Below the pieces are notes generated by a model that saw nothing but the letters and a program-made list of their open reading frames with translations, had not been told where the DNA came from and did not search any database. From Antedon mediterranea (Eukaryota > Animalia > Echinodermata), in NCBI RefSeq assembly GCF_964355755.1, contig NC_092676.1:23950871-24014870 (forward strand): a stretch of 64,000 nt of DNA. Reading direction: 5' to 3'. The position numbers and the translations under genes were made by a program. Of this stretch, positions 49,201-64,000 are shown piece by piece; the stretch's first letter is position 1; each line of letters starts with the position of its first letter.

Positions 49201-52200
49201 GAAATAACATCAAACTTTCACTCACTGCAAACCAATAGAATGAAGAATGATACAATTCAGTTAATAAATCCAATATATTAGTGCAGATAAAACAAAATGT
49301 TTTAATTAGTTTTTGATTAATTGAAGATTGACCAACCTTCCTCTCCATGATTTTGGCGATCACTTGTTGTAAACGAAGGTACATCAGCACTAGTAACTGG
49401 TTCAGTGTGATGAGATGTTCTTGTATTTTGACCACGTAGCGATGTCGCATGCTGGCGACGATGCTGAAGCAAAGCAGTCCGTCGTAGAAAACTACTGGCA
49501 GTATCACTGCTGGTCCGCCGTCGCGGATGTGTTGTGTTATTCTGAGGTATGAGCGCAGAATGGATAGCTGGCTTTATCCGACTATTATTATTTCCTATGC
49601 GTTTCCCGTCGATATATTGCGAAGATAAAGTTGGTTGTTTACCAGTAGGCGGTTTCTGGTAAACCAGGCCTGGGTTCCCTTGCTCATCGCGAACATTTAA
49701 ACAAGTCCTTACTTTATCCCAAAGCCAATTGATTTCATCGTCTGTTGGTGTTCTGTCCAATCGGAGACCATTTGATCCGTAAATGGCATTTCCATTGGTG
49801 CTTGGAACACTTTGATTTGCATTTATATCAAGATGGCGCAATTCTGACTTTGGTTCGTTAGTAGACTGCTTATTAACAGGTGGTTTAGACCTGATTGATG
49901 ACCTTTGTATAGAGCCAGCACTAGATATGCGACCCTCATTAGCCCTTTGAACTGTGAGCTTTGGCTTAGAACCCATACTAGACACAGTGCGAACCTGCTC
50001 ATTTTTGGAAAGTCGATCATCATCACTACTATACTCCAAATCCGCCCATCGTATACCCTTCTTTGAAGGTCCAATATCAGACATACTTGATGCTTTTCGC
50101 AGTTCTAAACTGTCCATAACTTTAGCACCACCTAATCGACCCATGGTGTAATTACCATACCTTTGGCTTGTCATAGAACTGTTCCTAGCTGTTACGTTTC
50201 CCTTTTTCAAAATACTTTTAGGCGCTTGAGCCACATTGTTAGAAGTACTCAGAGACTGCGTCTGAGTCATAGAAACTGTATCTCTAGTTCCAGAAACATT
50301 CGATGTTACCTGATATTGTGTGACAGTTAATTCAGGTTTTGGTATCGTAATAATCAAATCTCCATTGTTCTCTGGTTTATTCATTTTGGCCACATCATTT
50401 TTATTCTGTTGATAACGCGGGGCAGGCTCTACCGTGTAAGCAGTGGCTGTAGTCTTGCCTGAATACGGCCTAGAATGAGGTGAAGACACACTATTCAAAG
50501 ACGGCTCATTTTGCAAAACGGGGGATGACCATGCAACTGTAGTTCTTGTTGCGGATGGGTTGGCAATGCCAGAATTTCTCAAGACAACATCCGTTTTATT
50601 ACCACCAGAAGAGGTATATAAAATCCTAGGATTTACATCTACTTGGTCTTGTACAATATCAGCTTCATTTGTCTCTTCTAGCTTAACTTCATGCTGGTTG
50701 GACCTTGCAGCGTCACTACTCACTGCTCCATAGTTCGATGACCTATAGTCAAATCTATCCGTCCTTTGCACATTGAATGTAGCATTTGTTGGAACACCGT
50801 TTTTTAAATAAGTGTAATGATTTGTTTGAGTGGTAGAGGGCAGTATACTTGTTGAGTACGCTTTAGATACGGGTACTCCTTTCTTCGCATTATTACCCTC
50901 TAGACTGTCCACGCTTGAGCAGCTGCTGCTCCGCCTTAGTGGCCTCTCTGATTCGTCTAGCACAGCTTGATTAAATTCAAGCAAAGACTTCTGGTTATGT
51001 TCCAGAATGTTCTTTTGTTGGTCCTCAATTTGTTTCTCGTATATCGATTTAGCGGTAGTACCGGAGGAATAACCATTGCTCTTTGTTGGCGTGGTTGAGA
51101 ATCCATGATAGTAGTCACTCCTGCCACTACCATTCACGGCTGAATGATTACTTGACTGTAGAGGTTGTTGATTGCTGGTCTGTGTGTAACCACTTGGTTC
51201 TGAAGTCTGATAGTAAGAGTAGTTCTGTAATGTGCCACCATTTTGTGGCTGGGGGTAGGTTACAAGCATCTCAGGCTTAGATCCTAGGCCTGGAGATCCC
51301 CTTACTGCTCTCAAAGCATCATCTAAACCAGGAGTGCTGTACGTTGAATTTCCTATCAAATGATAATTAAGAAATACATTTAACAGTTTTTCGCTCACCT
51401 TATTAAAAGGTGTAGCATGGTTTGGGCATGGCGAGCTACATATCTTATGGTTTCAAAGCCTTGTGCTCTTTTGAAAAAGGGGGTTATTTACAGCCTACTG
51501 TATGCCTTTGTTATTAAGCAGACTTCTATCTAACAATGCTATTTTCTTGGTATTTTGTCACAATAAAGACCTTTTATTTAGTTACCATTGTTCCATGTAC
51601 TTGAAGGTTTCTTTACAGGCTCATATGCTGTTCCATAGAGGGCGCCTGTACAAATAAAGAATTATCAACAGTTGATGAGATTTATACATCACCTAATAAT
51701 TTCTTTTAAATTAAGTGCTAACTTATCAAATGAAAGCACTGAGTGAAGTACTTGGCAAAATATTTCCACATGTTGAAATTTCGGCCCATGTAAAAGGAAT
51801 ACAAATTTGTTTTGTTTTTATTTGTGATGTTATTATTGTAGGGGCTATCGTGCAAACAAACAAACAAAGCAAAAATTAAAACAACAGACAATTATTTTTT
51901 TCTTGTACCTCTTATTCTTTCCTCAGTGTTTCGTCGAGTAGTACCACTTTTCAAGCGTTGATACTTTTGCGTCGCTTCATGTTGCCTTTGCTTACGATCA
52001 TCTAGTATCTCTTGTCTGCGTTTGGCTTCCTTTTGCGCTTCTAGCTTTTTCTTTAATTCAAGTGCCCTACAGAGGAAGAACAATACACTAATAAATAATA
52101 TACTATGCTTCAGATTGATTCATAAAAATCACACTAAATTAGCCACCCTCCCTGCTATTATTAAAGATTTATTTTGCTGTTGGTTGTGGTTTTAAATTAA

Positions 52201-55200
52201 CTGTACAGAGCAAGTAGTAGTAATAATAGTGCTAAATATTAATAATTTTTAATACATAAATAATCGCACAGCATCACTAGTCATATGAATATAAAATAGA
52301 AACCACTCTATTTACAGTAATTGGTGTTCATTTTGGAATAAATCTACAGTCAATACTTAAATGTTCACTTGGCGAGGGATTGGTTTATACTTAGCATAAC
52401 CAAAATACTGTATGTGTATAATAATTATTACTGCAGTAACCTATGAGTAGTTCTGTAGTATAATAAATTCTAATGGTTATTATATATATATATTTAAATA
52501 CTGTATATGTACCAGAGAATAAAAAATAAACAATTAAATTGAATTGTAGTTCTGAAAAGAACTGTTGAGTTTTGATCAATTATACTTCAATCGTTTTTTT
52601 TAAATAGCCAATTCTCCACCTCTCTCAATGTGTTACAGTAATCATGCATTTTACATACAGTAGACGATAGAAGTTAGGATCTTATAAAAATTCTAGTTTT
52701 AGGAGACTTTTTCAGTTTTTAAAGGGTTCAATATCAAAAGCTTTGAATGTACATACTTTACACTGTGTACAGCACAAACAACATACAATGTACAGTAAAG
52801 GTCATACTGTATTTATAGTGTTGTTTGAAACATTCAGTAATGTATTAGTAACTTGTAATAGATTAACTCAATTTGTGTGCATTTATGAAATGTCAATGCT
52901 ATAATCACCATAAATGACCGATAATTGACTCAATTTGTTGGCTAGCACTAAGAGATTCAACTAGCTGTAATAAGTGTGATATTTCTTTTCTGAAATACAG
53001 TAGGCCTAATATAAAAACAGGCAATCAACGGATACTAAAATATAAATACTAAATTTTTAAAAAAACACAAAAATAACAAATATTTGTTTACCAATTCTTG
53101 TAAAAATACTTCTTTTTCCTAATTTCCAAACCTGAATAAACTTCCATTTTAGTATAGGAACAAATTGTACACAATGTACTACAGTGTATGGGACGCTCTG
53201 AAGCATGAGGTGCAAAACAGGAAAAGAACAGTTTCAGACAGGAAGAGGTATTTACAACAGAAACTCCCACTAATATGTAACAGTATCCTTTCTGTATGTC
53301 AACAAACAAGCCAGACAAATTACAGGTAGTAGTACAAACCAAAACCGAGAGTAACTGAATATGTTGTAGTAAACAGAAAACAATAAGTGGGCTTGCATAG
53401 ACTTTGTGTATTAGTATTAATCTACAGAAGAAAGGTATGTGTTATGAACAATTTACAATAATCTTAATTCTTATATACTGGAGCAGTCTGTAATGGAAGT
53501 TTAAGTACTGCAAGTGTAACTTGTGACTTGACAGCGTAATCTGGAAGGATTGTGATACAGTAAGTAGCATTGGTTAAAGGCTTACTGTACTGTAGATGGG
53601 ATAAATCAATATTTATCTAACAAAACACAAACAGTACTGTAAAGATTTTACGCAAAGTTTAAGCATTCTTAAAACCAGTGGTGACTCCAAAATATTGAAG
53701 GGGCCTAGGGCCTAAACATTTTAGAATGAAGTGCTGAACATAACCTAATGTTCTATCTTTAGAATTGCATATTTCAAACAGTCTAAGAATGTACCAATCC
53801 TAACATAGCAAAATACAGTAAAACGAGGTCCAAAAAAAGAAAAATGATACCTGTAAACGTAGAGTAAGTTATAATGCTAACATCAAGTTTCTTATTTAAT
53901 AAATGCAATAGAGATACTAACTGTATAGTAAAACTCAAAATAAGTCGCAAAATTAATTAATTTTGTTTAAAAATGTAATTCTAACCTACGTTAAACTAAA
54001 ATCCATAATTTTCTGGATAGATGTACTCTTCAATTGCTCTACCATCTAAACAACAGATACTCTATAACGCCAGATTAAATAGCAATTTGAAATGTTTTCC
54101 CATAAGGCAAAGCAGACATCATTTACATTCTCTGTTCCCATGGATACAAAAAACTGATTACATTTTTATGATGGGGAACAATAAATGTCCCATGGGGGGA
54201 AAAAAGGAACCAACTGAAAGAATATACAGAAACAAATTGCTGTAATCAGAAAATGCAGTACATTAAAATGATTAAATTAAAATAATAATTACAATACATA
54301 CAACACATACAATTAGTAATCCTTTATAGTAATAACTTCAATTTGAATTTTATTATAATTTTTTTTTTTTTGGGTCGTGGGAGAGAGGATTTATTATTGG
54401 TAACTTGGGTAATATATAATTAATTTTTCTTAATTATAGTGTTTTTAATATTTTATGATTTTTTTCATTGTTAAATGCATTCTAATTTCATAGTTTTTAC
54501 ACTTTACAGATATATTGTGAGAAATGTTTATATCATTTAACTTTTTTGATATAATTTTGATATAAGAATAATTAACAAATTGTATATTTATTGCAATAAA
54601 TATGTTATATCATTTATGGGATGGTAACTGTCTTGCTCTTCTTCATTAATAAATATGTTAATAATATTTTAATTATAAAAATGTCACATTTAATTTAAAA
54701 AATTGGTCACTGCACTACTACTGTACTGTACCTCACTAAAGCTTGGTTCCCACTAGAACGTAACGCAACGCAAGCGTTTTAACCAATGACAAGCGAAGTT
54801 ATATGACAATAAGCCATCACTTGTGATTGGTCAATTCACTTGCGTTGCGTTACGTCTTTGCGTTGCGTCGCTAGTGGGAACCACGCTTAACTATCTGGGT
54901 ATAAATAACTACAGTACTGTAGAAAATGACTCAATTGATATGTTGGCACTTTGCAGAGTATAAAAAGTATGGTTACCTTCTCCTCCTATTAGTTTCTAGT
55001 GACAATGAGCGTGCTCTGTCCTGGACTGTGACTCGCACCACTTGACTTGTATTCCGCATCTTATCAAGACGGTCCTTCTCCAGAGCTCTGAACTTTGAAC
55101 TGATTGATAATTAAACAGTTATGGAAATATTAATTAACACTAAGTTATTAAATAAAAGTTTTGCGTTATATATTATTTATTCTATACTATCAGATTAACT

Positions 55201-55245
55201 TTAAAAAGGATACGAGTAAGCTCCACCACCTGTGTTTAACATCAT
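46270..55245 (-). CDS. CEP126: Centrosomal protein CEP126 (KIAA1377)-like (exons ~55245-55214, 55099-54977, 52066-51909, ~51645-51586, 51352-49337, 49224-49105, 48015-47944, 47519-47428, 46401-46270)
   Basis: N-terminal RARSLSLETNRRRRALE coiled coil, PGLDDAL, a large disordered exon containing LDRTPTDDEINWLWDKVRTCL, and C-terminal SLSIEEQRLMESLDRLNERL, all resembling CEP126 conserved blocks as recalled. The start exon is inferred from phase compatibility. Confidence 0.78.
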
Positions 55246-58200
55246 TAAAGTCTGTTATCACAAGGTCGGCCTATTCAATACTATTAAATAAGGTGCATTT
55301 TGACATTGTATTGCTATATTGATAATTTTCCATCCACACCACCACCTCATCATCATGTGTTCATGGATCCTGATGCTGCTGCTGTCATTTAGCCAAACTG
55401 TAAACTGCAGATTGACAGATTTTCCAACAAAAACCGCTTTTATCCTGGGCCTATGGGGCATCGATTCTAGCCTAGGTCTAGGCTAAAGCTCAATCTGGTT
55501 CACGACAGGGCTACTGTAGCTAGCCAGGAAGGTAGGCCGGGTGTACCTCACACAAACTCAAAATGAGTGGATTGATTGTCAGATGATTGACGTCGAAATA
55601 AAAGTACTTAAAATTCAATACAACGGTAATGAACCACAAAACATATAACTTAGTTTCATAGTTAGTTAAAATGTGTAGATAATATCATCCTAAGATTTAC
55701 AACTTATCCTTTTTCATAAGTCATAATTCAATCCGTTTAATAGTAAGCTCAGGCCTAGGATCGCTCGGTCAATCGCCATGAAATGTTACGTTTGTTGTTT
55801 CCAAAGCTATGTGTCAGGCCAGTTACGAAAATGAAATATTCTGCGCATTTCGCCCTCTATATCGTCACAAGAAAATGTTTTTGATAACACTTTGATTATT
55901 GACGGTGACCAAATGAAAAAGATTATAAATAAATTGAAAAAAAAACCGATTTTCCGATTTTTTTTAAATAGCAATATAGAATATTATTGTGGAAAAAATA
56001 AAGTGATTGTAATATCAATGGTAGATAGGAAAACCAAAAACATCTTCATATCTGTAAGTTTGTCTTAGGGTATACTGAACCTCTCTGATTTGTTGTTCCA
56101 TAATTCGTATATTTTTTGTTTAAATAAAACTTTGCGATTATTTCTGGTATACAGTATTTTGGTAGTTGGATTCTGTTTTTTTTTACCCTACATATAATTT
56201 GTATTTTACAGGTACTGTACCTGAAACTTAGTTTGTGGAGTGTGCGCCCTCTATCAGATTTAACACAATTGGTTTTTTTTTCATTTATCATGAAAGCCAA
56301 TAATTATCAATAAATTGATTACATTAATTACTATATAATAAAATATTGTGGTACCAGTCACATGCACCTGTATTCAATTAATTTAAAACGGCTGGTTTGA
56401 CTTTACATGTTCTCATATGACAACGTTTTAATTTTACGTTTTATACATTTTGAATATAAAAAACTGTCAAAATACCAATTTATTCTGAAACTGAAAAACC
56501 CCGTCGGTGATAAAGTGATGTTTTGTGGCGTTGGTGGAAAGAAAAATATATTTAAGTTAACTTTACCGAGTATGTCATAATATGTAGGCCTACTTGGTAT
56601 TATCATATATCATGAATTATTCATGATGATGATCATACAATCCTATCGGCCGACACTGGGTGATACCGGGTCGTAGAGTAGTATGACCGGATAAAAACAT
56701 TCGATATGTAATATGACGTCATCGTGTTCATATAATGGGTAACATCACATATTTTGTCACATAAAGTTTGATAGTGTAGACAGAGCTTTCGAAATAACAG
56801 TTTTGTTGACGGTAGACAGAGCTTTACATTAATTTCTGACAAGATATTGAATAGTATGTAGATGACTGACTGACAAGTGTTAAACCTAAAGCTCTGTCTA
56901 CACTATCAAACTAGTGTGATGTCCCCAAATATGGTAGTGATATGACATCAGCATGTCCATATATGAGCAAATTTTTGTCAAATCAAGTTTGATAGTGTAG
57001 ACAGAGTTTTACACACACAACAAGAAAAGGAGGCAACATCAGACTCATAACATTTATTTGATCTAACTCTACGTATAAATGTTCTATTATATATTATACA
57101 CTCTCTTTATACAATTACAAATATGTACATACATAACACATTCATTCTCTTACTTAACGAATTATATAACATAATCATTATATTGCTTTGCACGAATATG
57201 TCAAATATTGCGCACGTACTTTTGAAAACAAGATAAAGAGCACATAACAAGCTAGCCGATAGTCACATCATCAGTGTAAGGTAACAAAAATAGAACCTGT
57301 CTTATCGTCAATAACATAGCGTATTAACATTAACCAAAATATAACAGGCTATGAAACAATATAAATAATCGAAATAATTAAAAATAATTTATGAATAAAA
57401 ATTAAATTCTCTATCTTAAATGAGCACCATTTTAGCAAGTTATGATACCGATAATTGGTATACTGATCATCGAATCTTAATTATCATACAATCTTAATAC
57501 AGTAATAATCATAAAATCATAAATAAAGGGGTAATTGATGATACGTTTGACTGCGTATACATGGAAATACGACGGTTGAGTACTGATGATACAATGTTCT
57601 GTATACACTATCAAACTTTATGTCACAAACAAATTTGATGTGCCTATATATGGACATGATTATATCTTATAAATATCATATCTAAGCATATCACTACCAT
57701 ATTTGGGCACATCACACTAGTTTGATAGTGTAGACTTAAGGTATATGCGCTTGTTAGCTAATAATTGACAATCAATCTTATAAAACATAATAATTTACAC
57801 AGACTCGTGGTGGATTATTTGTAAATTATCGTCTGGTATGATGGGACTTATGAAATGAGAGTGCAAATACTATAAAACGCCGCTAAATGAACTCGGATCC
57901 CTGATAGGCTAAATGAAGTGCCAGTGCAGGTACGTCAATATCACATAAACGCGGGTAAGTGGTTTCAATCAATTTAACACTTAATATGAATTTGATATTA
58001 TATTATTAATATCACAGGATCATCAAATGAGCATTTAACAGGTCCTTTATCAATCGATTGTGCTGGATCATCATTATTATTAATTTATTTTTGACAGCTT
58101 TATAATAAAAAAAAATAGTTATGTTCATAATTAACACGATCACCTACTACACATCTTACAGATGTTACGTCGATCGATGGTTCAAGGTAACACCCATAAT

Positions 58201-59112
58201 ATTAATAGCAACTATGATATTACATTATTTTTAGCATCCATGTATTTTAATAGCCTATACGATAATTAATGCCAAGTGGTAAACTTGAACATGAACTGCA
58301 AACTAAATTCAAAAACGTGAAATTAACACTGGAAGTTAACATTAAATTTAATATTACATAGAACATTAGTTGTTTACTATTATTATGCATTCTCCCATTA
58401 CGAAGAGTGTAAAAGTGTAAGATTATAAAAGAAATGAATTAATGATGACATGTATAAAAATTAATTAAAGATAAAAACGCATCTTAGTTGTATTTATGAA
58501 AAAAATTGTTCAAAGAGAAAAAAAAACTGTTAATTGATAACGCAGGTATAAAGAAAAGTATATAAGATTATAAAATAAAGATAAAAACGCAGTTAAGTTG
58601 TATTTATTTTCAAGAATTAAAAAGATAAAAATGGTTAAAAAGAGAAAAAAGTTTGTTAATTGATAATGTATGTACGTACCAAGAATATAAGTATAATTAG
58701 ATTTTAAAAGAAATGAAATGCATTGATGATGACATGTATAAAAAATAGAAAATAACTATGGTGAATAATGATAATTGGTATAGAAACAAATACAAAAATC
58801 ATTAGTAATCAAACAGATAACAAAATTGCAATTGCATAAATATATATTACTGTTTTTATATGATTTTTGTTTGAAATAAAAGTGGGATGATCCCACAAAA
58901 AGAAAAAAAAATTACGAAGAGTGTGACGTAACGTTTCTCACTGAGAGAGCGAAATCATAAGAAATACTCGGTAATTATCTGCGAAATTTTAAAATTTTTT
59001 TTTGGTCACGTCAGCTTCTGCCTACAGTAAGGAATACGTCATTAAACATCCTAGAATGTTCAAAATAACTTTGGTAAGAGCCTGGTTCAGAAATCAAACG
59101 TTTTTATTTTCG

Positions 59113-61524
59113 TCATACTACTGAAACTTTATCTGTTACAAGTAGAAGCGTCGAATCTTCTCTGATTTTCTCACTTGCGAAGCTCTCGTTGCCGTACGCA
59201 TGCTTCCCGATAGAGATGGAACTATCAGAGCTATCAATAGTACCATCAAGTTTCATTTTCTTATCGTAATCTCGACATTTATCCAGCGGATCTTCGTCGT
59301 CTAAGCGGCCTGGAATGACGTCTCTTGACGGACGCACTAGAAAGAGTATACAAGCCCCGATTATAGGTGGGGCGCCAGCGTAATAGAATGCAAACTCGTA
59401 CGATCCGGTGTGAGAGAAGATAATACCTGAGAACAAACACAATTAAATCAATATTAAGACTTCATCAACAATAAAAAAAATGTCATAAACAGTTACCTAA
59501 TCATCGTTGTTATATTGTACATAAAACGTTATCAGTTGATGGTATGCGGAAACAAATAAAACGTCAATGGAAATATTGCAGTAGGCCCACTACTAGGTTA
59601 TGCAAATAGTTGTCATAAGGTGCCCATGGAAATTATCCGTAATAATTATTCATGTGATGGAAGATAAATCTATCGCAGCGATTTGGGGTTAATGGGTAAA
59701 ACATTTCGGTTGTTTTTGCACAATTTATCAAGATATGCGCAGAACATTATAAATTTCAAATGTTAACGTGTTATCTGCTAGATAAATAGGTACGGTATAC
59801 AAAAATTCTACGTGATTCAATAACAGCAAACTTTCCAAATAGTTCAAATGGAACACAGTGACTGATATATTGTTTATGAAGGAAAAGGAAGAGAAAAACA
59901 ACAAAAAATGGGGTGTATATTTCTAGGTATTGATAATCGCAAATTGCTAATTACACTTAAAGAAGGGGACGAGGGGGAGGGGGTGGATGTTATACCCAGA
60001 TGTACTACATTGTATCTTTATTGTGATTTTATTGGGTTTTTTTCTTTTCTTTCTTGGAGGCTTCTTACAATAAGATGAAATGAAATTAACCGTGGGTAAA
60101 TGGGTCACGTTAACTGAATCTCACCTGCAATAGGAGGGCCTACCATCATAGGTATGCTCATTAGACCTAAAACATAACCAAGGGCCTGGCCCATACGATC
60201 TTTACCGACGACATTATACGCCACTGGACCCATCATGGAGACGAAACATCCATCGAAGACGCCCATGACGCACACGCCGGCGGCGAGCATGTAGAACTTG
60301 GTACAGACTGGGAGTAAAGTTGATATGACCCCTATGACTAAGAATGAGACTTGTTGTAGTCTTAACGGATTAACAGACGGTAAGTCACTAACAGGTCCAA
60401 AAATCAGCCTTCCTAGCCCGGATGTTGCACCCATCAAAGCTATTAACACTTCTGCGTTAGCATCAGGAAGGATGATGTTCGTGTGGTTTACCTGGAAAAA
60501 AAACAAATACATGATCCTTCAAAGAAACACAAAGAAAAATCAATAAAGGATTATGCCGAACTTACATGGGTCAGAGTTCATAAACAATTGTTATTTGCAA
60601 AACACTCGTTTGAAACGTGTTTACATGTTTAACAGTAATCCTCTGAAAGTAGAAAGAAGGAAACGAGGATCTAGAACTTTAAATCCTTAAAAACTATTGA
60701 CCCTCGAGTTTATGGAAAGTTACACTGCATGTCGCATAACTATTACTGGCTGACCATTAAATGATTATGTCAGTCGATTATCAGTTCAAATGGTCACACA
60801 ACCATGTGAATAGACTATTGTGTATATTATATTTATACTTATTCAATATATTCTCCATATTAACACTAAACAGTCTGCATATTAAATGAAATGTGATGGA
60901 TGGATGTAAGTAAGTAGGGTAAATCGAATCAACATAGTATTATACCTACCAGATGAACAAACGGCACAAAATATCCAAAGAGACTTATCGGTGTCGATAT
61001 TGCCCAAATTACAAAATCCCTGATTCGCCAAACACCGCAATCAATCTTCTTCCTTCTTTTCATTCTTTTTGAGTCTAAACTTTGTCTTGTAATCTCATCT
61101 CCAATCAGAGGTGTATAAACACACGCACAAGGTATTAAAATAAATATTAAAACTCCTAAAAATTGCAACGTTCTCTGTAGCCCGTATCTGTCTTGTATCA
61201 TCCGCATCATCATCGGTAAAACAATGGTAAATATCGCACTCCCGGTGGTAACTAGTCCGTTAACGAGTCCCATTTTCTTTTTAAAATAATGGCTAAGAAT
61301 TACAAGAGACGGTGTGTAGGCGAGCGAAAATCCCGTGCCCATTATGACTCCGTACGTAACGTACATGTGTCCGATTTTGGTGGCGAAAGAGCTGGCGAAG
61401 ACGCCGATGGACGCGAGCAGCCCACCGACAAGGGCTGTTTTACGACATCCGAATATATCAGTTAAAGTACTGGCTAATGGTGACAGACAGAAAGTTAAAC
61501 CAATTGAAACGGATCCAATCAAAG
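59113..61524 (-). CDS. Monocarboxylate transporter family SLC16, MCT8/MCT10-like; 5'-partial (exons 61524-60950, 60491-60125, 59426-59113)
   Basis: MFS/MCT motifs SPLASTLTDIFGCRKTA, AYTPSLVILSHYFKKKMGLVNG, FGYFVPFVHL, GPPIAG, FYYAGAPPIIGA. First coding exon not found and probably lies beyond the window. Confidence 0.93.
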
Positions 61525-64000
61525 CTGAAAAATAAAGGAAAATTATGATTGTTTACATGTTTGTATACACAGTAGAACCACTCCTACAGTATGGGATATA
61601 TTTTTGGGGACATTGTATTAGGGCTTTATTAGGTGTTTACTTTAACCAGTACTTATAATAATAATTATAATCATCAGCCTAGGCCTAATTTCTTTGCCAT
61701 TGTGTTATAGGCTACCTATACAGTAGATATCACATAGAGATGTTTGTGTGGGGGTAATGGAGAGGGGTAGTTGCTTCTTCGGATCTAAAATGGAGTCCAA
61801 TCGGTCCAGAACCACCCCCTACTCTTTAAAAATTGCAATGCCAAAGTTCAGCACTACATTTTACAATTTTAGGCCTAATGTCCCCCTCCTTTTTCCGTCA
61901 TTGATTCAAATTCAAGTATGTCATACAAGATAACAGGTTTTGTAGTAAACAATTCAATAATAGGTAAATTAGATAACATATAAACGTCAAAGATACAGAA
62001 TCTCATTAATCAAATATTGTATGAATTAGATAAGAAACACACCCCCTTTGGCGCACGACCTTTATGATGGCCGTTTATCAGAAAAGGAGATAAAAATAAA
62101 TACAAGTCATGTTTATGGAACGCTACAGCACTCTCATCAATTATTGTATAATTTCAATTTATGCCTACTTCATTAACCATATAAATAATTATTCGCACGA
62201 CCAGGGAAGAGTGAGTCATTTCACTTTACCCTGCACGACCGACAAAATACTAATGTTGGTCAAGACATCTATTCACACTAATAATAGACAATTTGTAAAT
62301 GTAATGTATGCATTTAAATAATAGTCCCCAAACTGACAAGCACTCGCTTCTTTTTGGTGTACTGTTGGATGTAAAATTGTAAATTGTAAAAATTGAAATT
62401 GTAAATTGTAATTGTGAATTAAAAACTATTTGGAATTTAATTATTTGATAACCGAGTTTAATGTCATTGGTCAAAACATCTGTTCACATTATAGACAATT
62501 TAATCATTTGATAACCGAGTTTAAATGTTATTTTGTTTCATTGTTTATTTATCTCACAGGTGTGGACATGGAAAAAAACTAGATAAGATTTAATTTATGA
62601 ACCCATAAACCAAAGCTCAATGATAAACTTGTGTGAACGAGACTTGTCGATCGATTTTTGCTGACGCACAGTTTGACCATCGCGTATTCAGTCGTCTGGC
62701 CTTAACCTTGGAGGTGATGTGCGTTTGATCATAATATCTCTATGGTTTGAGAAACTGGCCGTGAAACATGCGCAATGTGAACACAGTTTAGAAAAGGTGT
62801 ATTTGGATGACGTTTGTGTAAATTTAGTTCCGGTCCATTGTACAATGTGATTGTGAAATGTTTCTTGTGGGAATCGATTATGATCTGAAGCCTGACGTTG
62901 TTCGTGTTTTATGTCACGTAAACGTGATCTGTATGAATCAATAGAAAATCATTAATATAGGCCTACAGTAAGTTTTAATAGGCCTTGGTGTTAACTAATT
63001 ATAAACATTATTTGTCTATGAAGAAGAATCGATCGTTATTTTGTTCCGGGTCACGTTTGAGTTTATATAAGACTAGTACGTCCGTCAGACATTGTATTAA
63101 GTCACAAAAACATATGTTTTATTTGAATTGAAGGAATTACGTAGCCTACACAATACCATTGTGTATAGAAACTAGGTCAATAGCCTAATGGTTAAGATAC
63201 GATTAGGTTGGTAAGAAAGATTCGCGTCAAATCCATAAAGACGTACAATTAAAAATGACAAGCGGCGTACAAAGCGCTCTGCGGATTTCCATTCGTAAAT
63301 CCCGGCGCACACTATATACTATCGGCTGAGCCAACTAGGCTGGCACGAGTAACACGTTTGCTCACTAATAAAATTGCCGCAAACTGTGATCGCGTTCTCT
63401 AATTTCTCGATTCTCTGTAATACAGCGTCATATGTATCACATGCGGGGCTTGTATGATGTTAGGCCCCCGTGTATGGCTTGTGATAGCATACAGGCTGGG
63501 GTGTCACACACACATAAACAAACGTCACATGTGACACTCTATTTTTGGGCAAAATTATTGATAAAATACCGATAATCGACTACATTTGGCATATACAGCA
63601 CAATATTCGATCCTACGCATGAATAATTACCATTGTATGTAAATTAGACTGAACAATTGTAATCACCCAACAGGCTCACTGGTATTAAGTAAACAACATT
63701 GTTTTCTCAGATTCTCTTTCAAGGAAATGACCGACAAAGTTTAATCACTTTGTTTATATTATTGTTTTATGTGTTTTTATCGGAGTATTTCAAATTAAAA
63801 AGAATTTAATTTTAGTTAAGTTTCCCAAAATATATCGTTTTTATGGATTCCAGAATATATTAGGCTCTGTCTACACTATCAAACTTTATGTGACACCAAA
63901 ATGTGATTTGCCCATATACAGTATGGACACGATGACGTCATATCACTACCATATTTGGGCATATCACTACCATATTTGGGAACATCACATTTGTTGACAA

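Noticed and set aside
55715-55779. Alternative ATG for the CEP126-like gene
   Set aside because: The frame stops after 21 codons. The exon at 55245-55214 has a compatible phase and is preferred.
58400-58750. Degenerate A-rich duplication downstream of the SLC16 stop
   Set aside because: Low-complexity local duplication with no sign of function.

Overview
AT-rich, intron-containing animal genomic DNA. It looks like a marine invertebrate, possibly an echinoderm, but that is inference only. Gene order: three tandem, intact 5-exon cytochrome P450 paralogs (minus strand, 3.8-13.9 kb); UFL1 (minus); a head-to-head uncharacterised coiled-coil gene (plus); an ENPP7-like ectoenzyme gene (plus); a CEP126-like gene (minus); and the 3' part of an MCT8/MCT10-like SLC16 transporter (minus). 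Non-coding DNA is dense in MITEs (at least 4 families), SINE, LINE and Penelope fragments, and minisatellites. The standout is the P450 trio. All three look CYP2-clan-derived, have no N-terminal membrane anchor (in-frame stops lie just upstream of each ATG), and have replaced the I-helix AGx(D/E)T oxygen-activation motif, while keeping ExxR, PERW and the heme-ligand Cys. They are candidates for a family of soluble, non-monooxygenase (peroxide-using or isomerase-type) animal P450s. Exon coordinates were read by eye from GT/AG sites and frame continuity; no database searches were run.
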